Shown here: piece by piece, positions 49,699 to 61,827 of the stretch
Numbering within the stretch: position 1 is the first letter of the stretch
How the letters are laid out: each line of letters begins with the position of its first letter
Notes under the pieces: model-generated
Databases searched by the model: none
Seen by the model: the letters and a program-made list of their open reading frames with translations, nothing else
What the model was told of the DNA's origin: nothing
Origin: Ascidiella aspersa
Lineage: Eukaryota
Assembly: GCA_963924565.1 (NCBI GenBank)
Contig: OZ004607.1
Coordinates: 2,728,001-2,792,000, forward strand
Direction: 5' to 3'
Length of the DNA stretch: 64,000 nt
Made by a program: the position numbers and the translations under genes

Positions 49699-52600
49699 TT
49701 AAATATTTAAACCAAAATTTAAATTATTCTAAATTTGTCCTTGGTAATGAAATATTATTTGCTTTGAAAAATAATTGTCATGTGTATTAGATTGGATTTA
49801 ATTGATTAGAAAACAAAATAATTGACCTAAATATTCGCAGTATTCTGTATATAATCAGACCGCTGTGTAGATTTTCTATTAAATAACAAAAAATGTCAAA
49901 AGTGTTTAAATGATCTAATACTTCTTTGATAAAATATTTGTGATAAAAAATGTTGTTTTTTCTTCTGTTTTTTCTAAACAATCGCCATACGTTTGAATAC
50001 GCTTAGCTGAATAGAAAGCAAAACAATTAAAATTTTCGCAGAGTTCGCGTGTTTGATCAAACGGTCGCCAATATGTTCCTTGGATTCGTGAAAGACCAAA
50101 AGTCAGCGATCGTCCAATCGGTTAAAGCTGATGAGAAGAAGAAACAAAGGCCACTCGCCTTAAACACAATTGAAATGCTGAGAATCGCAAGTTCAGCTCT
50201 CGGTATTGGACCACAGCAAACTATGCAGGTGATCACCACGCTTTAAAAGGGAAATTTTGTGTTCCTATATCCTGTTTTTCTAAAATCCAGTCAATCCTTT
50301 AAAATTTAACAGAAAGTTTAAGTCGTCTGCGCATGATTAACCAGGGCAGTGGTTCATTCATTACATTTATGCAAAGTACTTAAGTATATTGCATATTATA
50401 TTAAAACAAAAAGGATTCTTTTAAACCAGATGAACCACCTTGCTGTTAGAAACAGACATAATTTCTCCTAGAAAAACTACATTTCTCTTAGAATTTGTTA
50501 TGTTAAAATTTTTGATGCATAAATTTATAGCCTATATTATGATAATAAAAAAATATATAAATTAAAAAAATCTGTTTTAAATTAAACATGTTTTAAAATT
50601 TATAAAAAAATTTTCATTGAAAAACACTGTTTTAAATTTTTTTATAAAAAACATGAAAAAAACTAATATTAAAAAATAATATTATATTAAATCAAAATAC
50701 ATTTTTATCAGAAGAATACTATTTAAACTCTGACAAAAATAGAAATTATCACCTTTCATCTAACCAAGTCCTTCAAAATTGTCCTAACCCCCCTTAGATA
50801 GCCGAGCACCTCTACATCCAAGGTTACATCAGTTACCCTCGAACCGAGACCACAAGTTACCCGGACAACTTTGATTTCCGTGGACCCCTGGGGCAGCAAT
50901 CAAGCAACCCCATCTGGGGTCAGTACGCCAAGTCCCTGCTTCAAGGGGGTGATCTGAAAGCAAGGAAGGGTCATGACGCGGGTGATCACCCTCCTATTAC
51001 CCCAATGAGAAGCGCATCTGAGCATGAAATCGGTAACTAAGTATTTAAGAACCCGGAATAAATTACTTTATACCAGACATCCCTGAAATGTATATTTACC
51101 TGCGGAATATTTTTCTATCTATGTTACTCTTTTAAGGAGAACCTCTGAACATGAAATCGGTAATTCTAGAGTATAATTATGTATTGGAAAGTCGGAATAG
51201 ATTGCCATGTATTAGATTTAGAACATGAGATGGCAACTAAACGGCAACTTAATATGTCTTAAGTATTGGGGAAATAAATTGCAACGTATAAGACAGCCCT
51301 TAAATGTATATATATATATATATATATAAGATTTTCCATCTATGTTACTCCAGTAAGGAGCACATCTGAACACGAAATCTGTATTTAGATGTGTGTATGT
51401 GTAAGCTTGCAAATCAATTTACGAGAGTTAGTAAAGCGACGGTCCCGGTATGGCCGAGGTCGTGAGTTCGAACCCCACTGCAGGCCAGTTGTACCAACAG
51501 GGTGCAGCAGGCAACGGTGCTATGATTGTTTCTCGACTAACTACCCTTTAAGCCTGTGTAGCTTAGTTGGTAAAGCAACGCTCCCGGTATGACCGAGGTT
51601 GTGCGTTCGAATCCCACTGCAGGCCAGTTGTACCAACAGGATGCAGCAGGCAACAGTGCTATGATTGTTTCTCGGCTTGCTCCCTTCTGAGCCTGCGTAT
51701 AGCTCAGTTGGTAGAGCGACGGTCCCGGTATGACCGAGGTTGTGCGTTCTAATCTCACCGCTGTTGTTCTTTTAGCCTCGCTTTGCTGGCAATATAATTC
51801 TGGATAAGCCTCCCTATTTCAGTAAGCCTTTCCGAAGGAAAGGTGGTTGTTTAGATTTTAACATTTTTTTAAGTTCAGCTTTCCTAAGTGTTTTTGTAAT
51901 TAATCGTCATATGTTCATTTTGACCTGCTTTTATACTACCTTTTTCCTACTTTGGCCTGTTGAAGCACGGTTGTGCGAAAGCTTGTCGAGAATTTAATAC
52001 AATTTGTCTTTACATAATGCCACCTGATTACCCTAATTAGAATTCGACAAATACGGCCATTTCCGAAGATTGGTGAATAAAAAACTTAATCCTAAGTTTT
52101 ATTTTTCTGTGCAGGTCACGACCATTGGCGACTGTACGATTACATAGCCCGTCATTTCATGGCCACCTTAAGTCCCGACTGCACTTACCTACACACCGAG
52201 ATACAATTCAAAGTCGGTGCCGAGATGTTCACTTGTACAGGCAACGCCCCGCTCAAACCAGGTTTCACTGAGGTAATTATTTGTGTGTCAAGCACGCCTT
52301 CTATGCAGGGATATCCGATGTCATGTTATAGTATAGGTACTTTTCCGATACCAAATTAATTTAGGAATTTCAGACCTGGGTACACTATGCACGGATCTGT
52401 AATGTAGCTTGATAATGAATTGCAAAGTCAAAGAGGTCGAGTAGATCGACATCATCTTGATAAAGACGTTTCGATACGAGCTTGTATCATCATCAGTTAA
52501 TGTGACTGAGAAGTAGTTCATGCATCACATGACACAAGTTCGTATCGAATTGTTTTTTTTCATTATCAAATTTCAGACATAATTTGCGAATACACGCAGC

Positions 52601-55600
52601 GAATTAATGTCAAAAAGTAAATTTGTCAAAAAAGTAGTGGAGGTAGCTAACTGTGGATAACTAGTAATTCACGATTAGGCCCTGGTGGAAACTTTGGGCG
52701 CTCCCCTTAAACCATGATAAATCATCATGCTAAATAAAATACGGGTTGTCTGTTATGATTTTGGCAAAAAAAATCACCAATGTTCGTTTCTCGCCATAGA
52801 TTATGCACTGGCAATCGATAGGAGAAGGTCAGACAGTTCCCAAGCTGAAGAAGGGGGATTCGTGTTCCGTGGAGAAGGTGATGTTGTCGGAGCGGAAGAC
52901 AGGACCTCCGGACTTTCTCACAGAGAGCGAGCTCATCTCGCTCATGGAGAAGCACGGCATTGGAACGGATGCCAGCATCTCGACGCACATCAACAACATT
53001 GTGCAGAGGAACTACGTGGCAGTTATGGCTGGCAGAAAGCTACAGCCTACTACTCTGGGTAAGATGGAAAAAAGGGGGTTGGTTGATTTCGTAGTTTTGA
53101 AGTGTAATAATTTATATTTTAACTAGGCTCTAAATCAGTGTTTCTCGATCTATGTAAACAACAATAATGCTTAAAGTTTAAAAACCCGTGTAAAACGAGG
53201 ATCAGACATTTTTTAAAGGAATATATATTTCGCCTATACTCGCATCGTCAGTTCCGTAATTCTTACTTTTTAATGAAGTAATGATGTCAATATAAATATA
53301 TATTTCTTTAAAAAAATTCTGATCCTGGTTTTACTCGGGTTTTTAAACTTTTAGTTCCATTGTTAATATACGCGTCAGCGGAACAGTGACCGACAAGCAG
53401 AAACCTGCTGCCAATGGTTTGGGGTTCCATAAAGATCCGCATATATTTAATGTATATATCAATCTATGGGGAATATGTGTCGCCGTTGAATTTCGTTTCC
53501 GCAATTACTTATTTATTTTAGTAAGAGAAAACACACTTCGACTTCCGAAACACAGAAAAAAGCAGCTGAAAAAAGAGAAACACTGCGCTAACCTAAAGGT
53601 TGAGCCTCGTTGACGCCGTTCATGACGTTCGGAAAATGGTCAGAATTTTACGAATGTTTTAACGTTGTTTATTTGTGATGAAGGCATTGTGTTGGTCCAC
53701 GGATACAAGATGATAGATCCCGACCTCGCTTTACCAACGATGAGGTCCGCTGTTGAAAAGCAACTCAACCTAATTTCACTTGGTAAGTAGTTTTGCTAAC
53801 TTGTTGTTCAGTTACAACCCAAATATGCATCCGTGGTTCGCTTTATTTAAAGCTGTGCATCACGTTTTGTTATATTCTCGTAGGTTTTTATGTAAATACT
53901 TCCCAGTGTACACTTTTAAGTTATTACGCGTTGTTCCTGTAAACCATTTGTTACTCGTTGTAAATGGTGCCACGACAAAAAGTGTTCTTTAGGCGTAATA
54001 ATGCCACCTGATTGTCGGTAAATCAATATCAAAATAAAATCCGTGGCAGCCCAGGGGTTCTGAGGTTGAAGAAACCCATTCATAAAAACTGTTTTTTGCC
54101 CATGTGCAAATACAAAACTGAAATAGAGTCTAAATATAATTAAGGAGAATGCGCCAGATCGTTTTTCAGTTACGCTGTTTGATTTTGAAATCCGTTCCTT
54201 TTTTTAAACTAAAAAAAGTATTTGGATTGAAATCGAATTTCGCATTTTTTCGACCAAAACAGCAGGTTTCTAAAGCATACTTGTTTTGTGACGTTAACTA
54301 ATAGCGTCAGCTAAAAATTATACCCATGTAGATCCCATGGCGTATTTTACAGATACGCCCTTTTATATTATACATATAAATCTATATGTGAAATGTGGGT
54401 CGCGTTGCATTTTGTTCGGCACATTTTCGCATGTTTATTACTTATTTACTTTACCTACAGAAGAACACATTTTAACTTAAATACCGAAAAAAACTGCTGT
54501 GTGCGGTAAAAATGGCGTTTCCAGTCCGCTTTTTTTATTGAAATTATGTTCTAAGAAGTGGCCTGGCTTTAGTTTAGAGCTTAATTTACGGTGTTTCTGC
54601 CAATTAGTGGTGTCGGATTTTTAGGAATGGTGTATTTGCTGCTTAAAAGCGATATTTTTGCGGACTCCAGCCATAAGACCGAGATAAGAACAACACCATC
54701 TTCAGAATAAAACACAATTCGGAATAAGGCCAAAATAGGACTATACCTAATGGTATTAGTACCGTCTAAATCAGAATAAATCCAATTTAGGCCTTATTTC
54801 GACAAATTTTGGGTTTTATTCAGACGATTTTGAACTTATTCTGTACTGGATATTACTGCGTATTTAGCTGTATTATGTCGTTGGTCTTAATGCTATGGTT
54901 TTATTGATTTTCTACTTTGGGTATTGCTGCTTTTTGGGTCCAATTGTGTGTTCCTATTTTTTGCAGGCAAAGCCCAACATCGCGATGTATTACGTCACGC
55001 AACCGCCATCTTCCAGCAAAAGTTCAACTACTTTGTGGCGAAGGTTCTCTCCATGGACAAACTATTCGAGGTTTCGTTCACTCCGTTGTCAGAAAGTGGA
55101 AAGTCGATGTGCCGGTTCGTTACTTAAGCTTGGATTACAAAGAAATGTTTTTGTATTATGTAAAGTGGGTTGCCGAGCTTCGTTATATACCAAATGTTGG
55201 CACTTTTTAAGGAACCCTTTTGCTCCCTGGTTGGAGTATCCCGTAAAGAAGGTAAATCCTTAGGTACTCTATGCACGGTTCTGAAGCTTGAAAATACTTG
55301 CCATCATCAGTTAATGTAAATATTACACTTCGGTGCACTATGCACGGATATGTAATATAGGTTGAAAATATATGCCAAAGCCAAATAGGTCGAGTAGATC
55401 GACATTATCTTGATAAAGACACTTCGATATACGAACTTGTATCATCATCAGTTAATGTAAATGTTATACCGTAGTCCGTAATGGATGCAAATATATTTAA
55501 GTGCACTATGCACGGATCTGTAATGTAACTTAATAGTTTAAAGCCTAATTGGTCAAGTAAATCGACATCATCTTAAAAAAGACGTTTCGATACGAACCAT

Positions 55601-58600
55601 TATCAGTAAATCTGTCTGAAATATACCCAAACATCACTTCTAAAAGGTAGAATGTCATTCTTATCAGGTTTATATATATTTCTGTCAAGAAATTGAAACT
55701 ACGCACAGTTTGGGAAAACGCACTAAATGCGATCCAATCTGAACTGGGTCAGAGCATCGTGCCAAGTTTACCTTGCGCCTATATTTCTTAGTTCTGCAGA
55801 TGTTACAAATATGATATTATTAAGACATTTACATGTAGTTTGTTGTGTGTAAAGGGCGATTGTAAACTTACTGTATTGTTATTCTGTTAAAAGAAGGCCG
55901 CGAAATATTGAAGATTTTTGTAGTGTGTCTCTAGCAAAAAAGTGTGAGAACCACTTCCCCACTCTCAAATCGAGTCTGAGCATCGTGCGAAGTTACCCTG
56001 CAGTTTATTTCGTCTTTAATGCCTGAAGTTTCGCAAATACCCACTCTTGTTGCGTTCAGATGCGGACACGCATTTTATACTTAAAAACTACCTGTTGCAA
56101 AACTGATAATATGACGACGTTTGCATGTAGGTTTTCGTGTGGTAAACGCAATTGTAAAGTTTCTACATTGTTGTTGTGTTAAAACTTGGCTTCGAAATCT
56201 CAAAGATTTTTTTAGTGTGACCCTAACTTTTGAGAACCACTTCCCCACCCTCGTTTAAATGTGGGAATTGCAAACGCTTTAGGAACCTCTGCACTAATGT
56301 AATCGAATCTGAGCTTGGCCAGCATCGTGCGAAGTTTACCTTGAGGATTACCTTGGTCTTTACTTCTTAAAGTTTTACATAAACCCGCTTTCCTATGTTC
56401 AGTTGCGGCAAGTGCAGACGCTTTATGAAGTTCATAGCAACCGCCCCACCTCGCTTACACTGCAGTACTTGCGATGAAACATATGACCTTCCGGCCAAGA
56501 CCAACATCAAGTTGTACAAGGAACTCAAATGCCCGCTGGACGACTTCGAGCTCGTGCTTTGCTCAACAGGTGTGACTGTTTTACATTTGAATTACTTTTA
56601 AAAAAGCGAACCTCTGTTTTAATGTTAGTGTATATTGGGTTTTAAAAGTGCTCAAGTGTAGCGGGTTTATTTTTTGGCACATGCGAATAAATTAAAACAG
56701 AAAGTTCGGGCATACTAAAATAACGGTTTGTACAAAACAATTTATTTACAGTTGCGACAGGTTAATTACACGAAATCTTGCTAAATGCTTTGGTGTAAAC
56801 CACACCAATTACAATGCGTTATATTTGAAAGAAAAAATTATACCAATGTGTTGTTTTTCAACTTTTTGCAAATAATCTTTGTAAACCATGTATTGAGGGA
56901 TAGGTAAGATAATTTAATATTGTTTCCAAAAAGAAAATTGGACATACATATATTAACTGATCTTAAAAACTACTTAATATTTAAAAAAAAAAAAATTTGA
57001 AAAAAAAATAATCTCGCATTTCTTGGAATACCAACAGGCTCCCAGGGCAAGAACTACCCGCTATGTCCTTACTGCTACAACCACCCTCCATTCAAGGACA
57101 TGCGACGAGGTGCCGGCTGCAATTCGTGCACACACCCAGGTTGCATGCACTCACGCACCAACTTGGGGGTTTCCCCCTGCCCTAGCTGTGAGAACGGGGT
57201 GCTTGTTCTCGATATGACGTCATCACCCAAGTGGAAGCTCGCCTGCAACGATAATCGATGCTCTACGGTGGTGCAGCTCTTTCAAAACGCACACAGGGTT
57301 GGTTGGTTTTGGTCTTTGGACTTGTTTGTATGGATAAGGAGCATAATGGCTGGATGTTGTGGTTAGGTGTAGAATGAATATCAAAGCCCATACAGATTTA
57401 GGTAAAGCATTTTAACGTTTCGAATAAATCTTAAGATAATTGTTGGAGGTTTTAGTTAGAGGGTTAGACATAAAATATCAAAACCCATACAGAATTAGGT
57501 GGAATTTTGGTAACGGTTTAAATAAATCTTGCGCAATTTGTTGGTTTTGGTTTTTGGACTTGTTTGTAGACACATATGGAGAATAACGGCTGCAACTTAT
57601 AGTTAGACCTTCAATAAATATCGGGACTTTGATTTATTCTACTATATAGATTGCGATTTGAACTAAATTGATGTGAAATAACAAAATTCAAACCCAATTT
57701 GAAAACATTGAAAAGCTTTATTTTAATTCTAATATAATTTGGAACTACTAAGCTAAAACTGATCTAATTTTACTTCTGCATAAATTTGAAAAATCTTTAG
57801 CTAAATCCAGTTGTTGTCGTGCAACCAACACTAACCCTTCTGTGTTGTTTTTAGATCGCTGTTACAGACGCTACTTGCGACAAATGCTCGGCTTACCAAC
57901 TCTCGGTCGAATTCCACAAAGACAAAACCCCGCTGGAAAATAACGAAACGAAACACACCGGTGAGACGTTATTTGTGTTTCCTGTGCAACTAAATAATGT
58001 TTTTAAAGTTATATTACATCGCAATAGTGTTAAGAAATGTTGAAACGAACTGTTGCCTTTTTTCGAACAGTAAACATCTAGAATTAAAATAAATTACATC
58101 TAGAAACATCCAGATTTTTTACAGAACAATCTAGATAGTGTTTTTGAAAGATAATTATTAAATTTGTACAAGATATACACATTATAAAGTTTAATGTCGT
58201 ATAAAGTTGCATTGAGCATTGTTTGATGCCTTAGATTTAAGACTTCTGTTTCATAAAAAAATTACTAAACATGACTAGTTAATACATTTTTTTTATATTT
58301 GAGAAAATTTAAACTGAACAAATTAATATAAAAATTTTCTGAATCGGTCACCAATCTAAAAAACTTTTCATGATTTAGAATTCTATACTAAATAATCCTA
58401 CATCTAGATCTAGATTGAAATAAATGGCAACCATACTTTAAAGAGCTTGCATTATGTTTTTACCAACTTGAAATTTTGTTTTTGTCTATATAATTTGTTT
58501 TATAATTTTGTTTCTAATAGCACACAGCATCGTGGTGAAAGGTGTGCTATGTAGTTTTCCCGGTTATCGCATCTAAAGAAGTCCAGTAGGTTGAAGTCTG

Positions 58601-58938
58601 GACTAATTCTTTTTGGTGGTCTGGACTAATTAATAAAGTTTTAAACACACATATGCGTGAGTGAGTAGACTATCCCAAACATTCAAAGTCGTCACTATAA
58701 CCCCAATCTCAAGCAGCCCTTCATATACAAGGTAATCGTCAAACGATTGTTTTCTTTTGAATTTGTTGTCAAGACGATGCTCGTTTTGACGTAACAATGC
58801 AGTGGAAAGTTGTGTGTTTGATTGTGGAAAAAGCCAGAAAGTTGTACCAGTTAAGCGGTTGTATCCAAGTTGTGAATGCTTTACCGCGTTTTTTCTTGAT
58901 TTAAGAAATGTTGTGCGTTTGGTTCAAACGTGGGCAGG

Positions 58939-58971
<33 letters not shown>

Positions 58972-59199
58972 GTATTACGGACATTCCAAATCGCCACTAT
59001 AACCCCAACCTCCCTTCATTCAGGTTGCATCTTTTGCGACGAGGTTTTCTCGAACCTGATAAAACTCAAGCAAGCTCGTCTCTTCGTCAAACGACAGCAC
59101 GCCAACACTAGGGGTCGCGGGAGAGGTCGGGGGTCAAGAGGTCGCGGAAGGAAAGCACCAAAAGACAAGATGTCGCAACTTGCTGCTTACTTCGTTTAG
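46786..59199 (+). CDS. TOP3B: DNA topoisomerase III beta, 15 coding exons
   Basis: Exons (GT-AG): 46786-46912, 47196-47364, 47963-48080, 48600-48779, 49303-49484, 50042-50228, 50798-51032, 52115-52272, 52800-53058, 53684-53782, 54967-55114, 56403-56569, 57038-57297, 57855-57960, 59024-59199. Motifs: [24 protein letters not shown] (TOPRIM), [10 protein letters not shown] (catalytic Tyr), Cys-rich C-terminus, RGG box, [12 protein letters not shown]. Confidence 0.97.
51421..51765 (+). repeat. Tandem tRNA-like units (139-bp period, ~2.5 copies) in TOP3B intron 7; tRNA-derived SINE/satellite or pseudo-tRNA
   Basis: A-box tagctcagttgg and B-box gttcgaatcc. Cloverleaf-like arms gcctgYg/tgcaggc, cggtc-ccggtat-gaccg and gtgNg/cccac. 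Confidence 0.7.
52458..52502 (-). ncRNA. Minimal type I hammerhead ribozyme motif (Penelope/retrozyme-like)
   Basis: Minus strand reads attaa CTGATGA t GATAC aagctc GTATC GAAA CGTC tttat. This gives an intact core, a 5-bp stem II, palindromic ACGT in place of stem III, and a GUC cleavage triplet. Confidence 0.7.
53173..53351. repeat. Fold-back MITE-like inverted repeat in TOP3B intron 9
   Basis: aaagtttaaaaacccgtgtaaaacgaggatcaga / tctgatcctggttttactcgggtttttaaacttt. TSD unclear (ttaa on the left only). Confidence 0.65.
55263..55612 (-). repeat. Tandem ~168-bp repeats related to 52380-52502, carrying decayed hammerhead motifs
   Basis: gtgcactatgcacgg at 55333 and 55501. gtcgagtagatcgacatYatcttgataaagac...tcatcatcagttaatgt shared with 52380-52502. 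Confidence 0.8.
58942..58969. repeat. (CA)n microsatellite in the last TOP3B intron
   Basis: Direct observation. Confidence 0.95.
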
Positions 59200-60044
59200 C
59201 TGAGCGCAAAATACACTTTCTTTCTTTACTTTGTGATGATTTTGATTCGACCAAGGTCAGAAATAAAAATTATTGCGCAACACATGAATTTGATGGCAGC
59301 TTGGGAAAATCTGATAAAACTTTGGGAAACTCTGATTAAACAAATTTCAGGCACTGGCTGCCTACTTCGTTTAGCTGAGCGCAAAATACACTTTCGTTTT
59401 TCGAAGCTTGTGATGATGTTGATTCGAAGGCAGAAAAACTTTTTGCTCAACACATGCATGGTTATGGCAGCTTGGGAAACTCCGATTAATATAAAAGTAG
59501 AATATTAATGATAAAAACGTTTCTTACAAATACGCATAAAATTTTCATAGAAACGTCACAAACACACGTCATGACCGAAAGTAACCCGTGTTTTTTTTCG
59601 ATCTAATGCTTAAATATGCAACAAATGCATTCACGACTATGGCGGGATGGCCTGGTTAAAAAGTTGATGTATTTAGCGGTTCGGCGTACCTACAATAAAT
59701 ATTCTACCCGAAAGCCACTCCGGCTTGCTTTTGCCACTGTTGAAGAGTTGTTTTTGTAATACTTTTGTTTCAGTCAATAAAAAATTAAGAAAATCGTAAA
59801 GATCGCATTTGTAAGTCTAAACCTCTTGGTTGGAAAAAAATGAGCTGTGGAACTTGTTCAATGCTTTTTTTGTTTATTTATTTAGGAAAAAAATTAAACT
59901 AGAAGTTTGAAGCAAGGTTCTAAAACTAAGGGAACGCGCAACGAACCCAAGGCGTCGCGGGTAGATAGGCCTAAATCTTTTCAATACCATTTGTTGTATG
60001 TATATAAATTTCTATAGAAAAATATTAAAACTAGGAAACGCTGT

Positions 60045-60354
60045 TGTATGGTGAAGCGTAGAGGGATAGTTGGGAGCTATAAGAAGGCTGCTGACAATGG
60101 CATATCATAAATGTTAGATATAGCTGACTTCGGCGGGCTGTTAGCTTTTGCTGTTTTTTCCATCAAATAAGTTAATGGGGGGGAGCAAGAGGAGACCAGA
60201 GAAAGTTAGGTCTGGTCTTAGCGAGAGACAGAGCGGTATATGACGAGGACTGAGCGGTCTCTCCGAAAATAGTAGATGGAGAAGAAGAAGGCGGTCGATA
60301 CAACGCAGCAGGAATAATCTCGGCCCTTACAAACTGACCTGCGGAGTCACTACA
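60045..60354. mobile_element. Solo LTR (310 bp), probably Ty3/gypsy-type
   Basis: TGTA...TACA termini with 4-bp TSD ctgt (60041-60044, 60355-60358). Base composition is distinct from the flanks. Confidence 0.65.
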
Positions 60355-61827
60355 CTGTCACCAAATAAGTCGCATATTACTGGAATGTGTGGGTTTTGAC
60401 CACAATGAATCCAACAGAGTGTTTCAATTGAATAACCGGAGTTTCAACCCGGTAACAATATGGAGCGCAAACCGCTGCAAATGAATGCTGGATTGGGACA
60501 AGACATTACAACTAATATGCCACTGTCAAATATAAAGGTTTATGGAAAAGTTAACTAAAAACGTGTGCAAACCTGTGGTCTACAAAGTGCCTGCGTATAC
60601 TTTTCCGTATATTTCTTAAGTTAATAAAGTACGAAATTTTCGAAAGTTTGCCTTTTTCTAAATTTAAAACCTTATATGGCGTGGCGTTCAGGTAGTTTAT
60701 AGCGCGCATAATTATTGTTTTTAACATATTGTTTTTAATATGCGAACATATATGGGTCACGTTTCTGGAAAGAGTGGCTGCCCAGAATTTTTTCGACTTG
60801 GGCGTCATGATGACGCAAGGCATTTTTTATGTCATGTCATTATGAGCCAGCAGCTTTCGTCAAACTGCAGGACAGCAACTAGCAAAAAAACTCCCAAAGA
60901 ACAATATTTAGTTGATTTTAACACAACTCACTTTTTACCCAAATCCTTAGGTATTGTTATTTGACATTTTCCCAATACCGTTATTTCGGACATTTATTGC
61001 GATCCACCTAGACATGACGTCATAAGTATGCTAAAATGAGCAAAATAGATAAAATCAAGACGTCCAAAAGTATTTTTTAGGTTAATAGACCAAATTTGCA
61101 TTAGCATTAATTACATTCAGTTGTTATCCTACTATTTTTGATAGGTTGACCTTTTAATGTAGAATCGAAAGCAGGGATCGTTAATTGAGGTTGTGCCTGT
61201 CGCTGCGTTGGATTGCAAACCGTAGCTAAAACAACTGTATTAATTGGTATCGGCACCAATGCCACCCTTTTATCGGACGTGTACCGATACTACCAGTTAA
61301 TATCGGGTATCGGCCTCGATCCGATAGTATCGGACTTTCTATTTTTTGCCTGCGGCTATTATTAACTATGAAGTTCGATATTTTTGTGGGCCTTTGGAAC
61401 GCAGGATATATTTTGTAGGCTTTAAAAAGTCGGAGATACGCTCTAAAAAAAAGCAGCTTCGAAGGGCTAGATCTGAGCTATTAACACACATATGTGTGAA
61501 TGTTTCATTGAATAAACGCTCTAAATGTCTTGATTTACAATCTTTTTATTGGCGACAGTTTTTACGGCGATTTTTAAAGTAACATAATTTGCTGATACAA
61601 GCACTAATAAAATGGAACACACGAGATTTGAACAGAAGGCCAACACATCATTCACTTAATAAAGTATTCTGTTTAAGTTTAACAATTACAAGTTATATTG
61701 CGAACCCAGGCAACTAGATCGAGGCAATGCGTCTTATATAACATAAGCTTTGAATGCAATGCGATGAATGGTATAAGCTAGCATAAAGCAATAATGTTTG
61801 ATTACTATTATCTTTACTGAATCCACT

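Noticed and set aside
51552-51626. Functional tRNA-Thr(GGT) gene
   Set aside because: Mismatches in the anticodon and T stems, C33, an extra base, tandem degenerate copies and no oligo-T terminator. Kept only as a tRNA-derived repeat.
60238-60275. Hammerhead-like atgacgagga...tccgaaa within the solo LTR
   Set aside because: Lacks the core C3 (CUGA) and has no stem III or NUH cleavage site.
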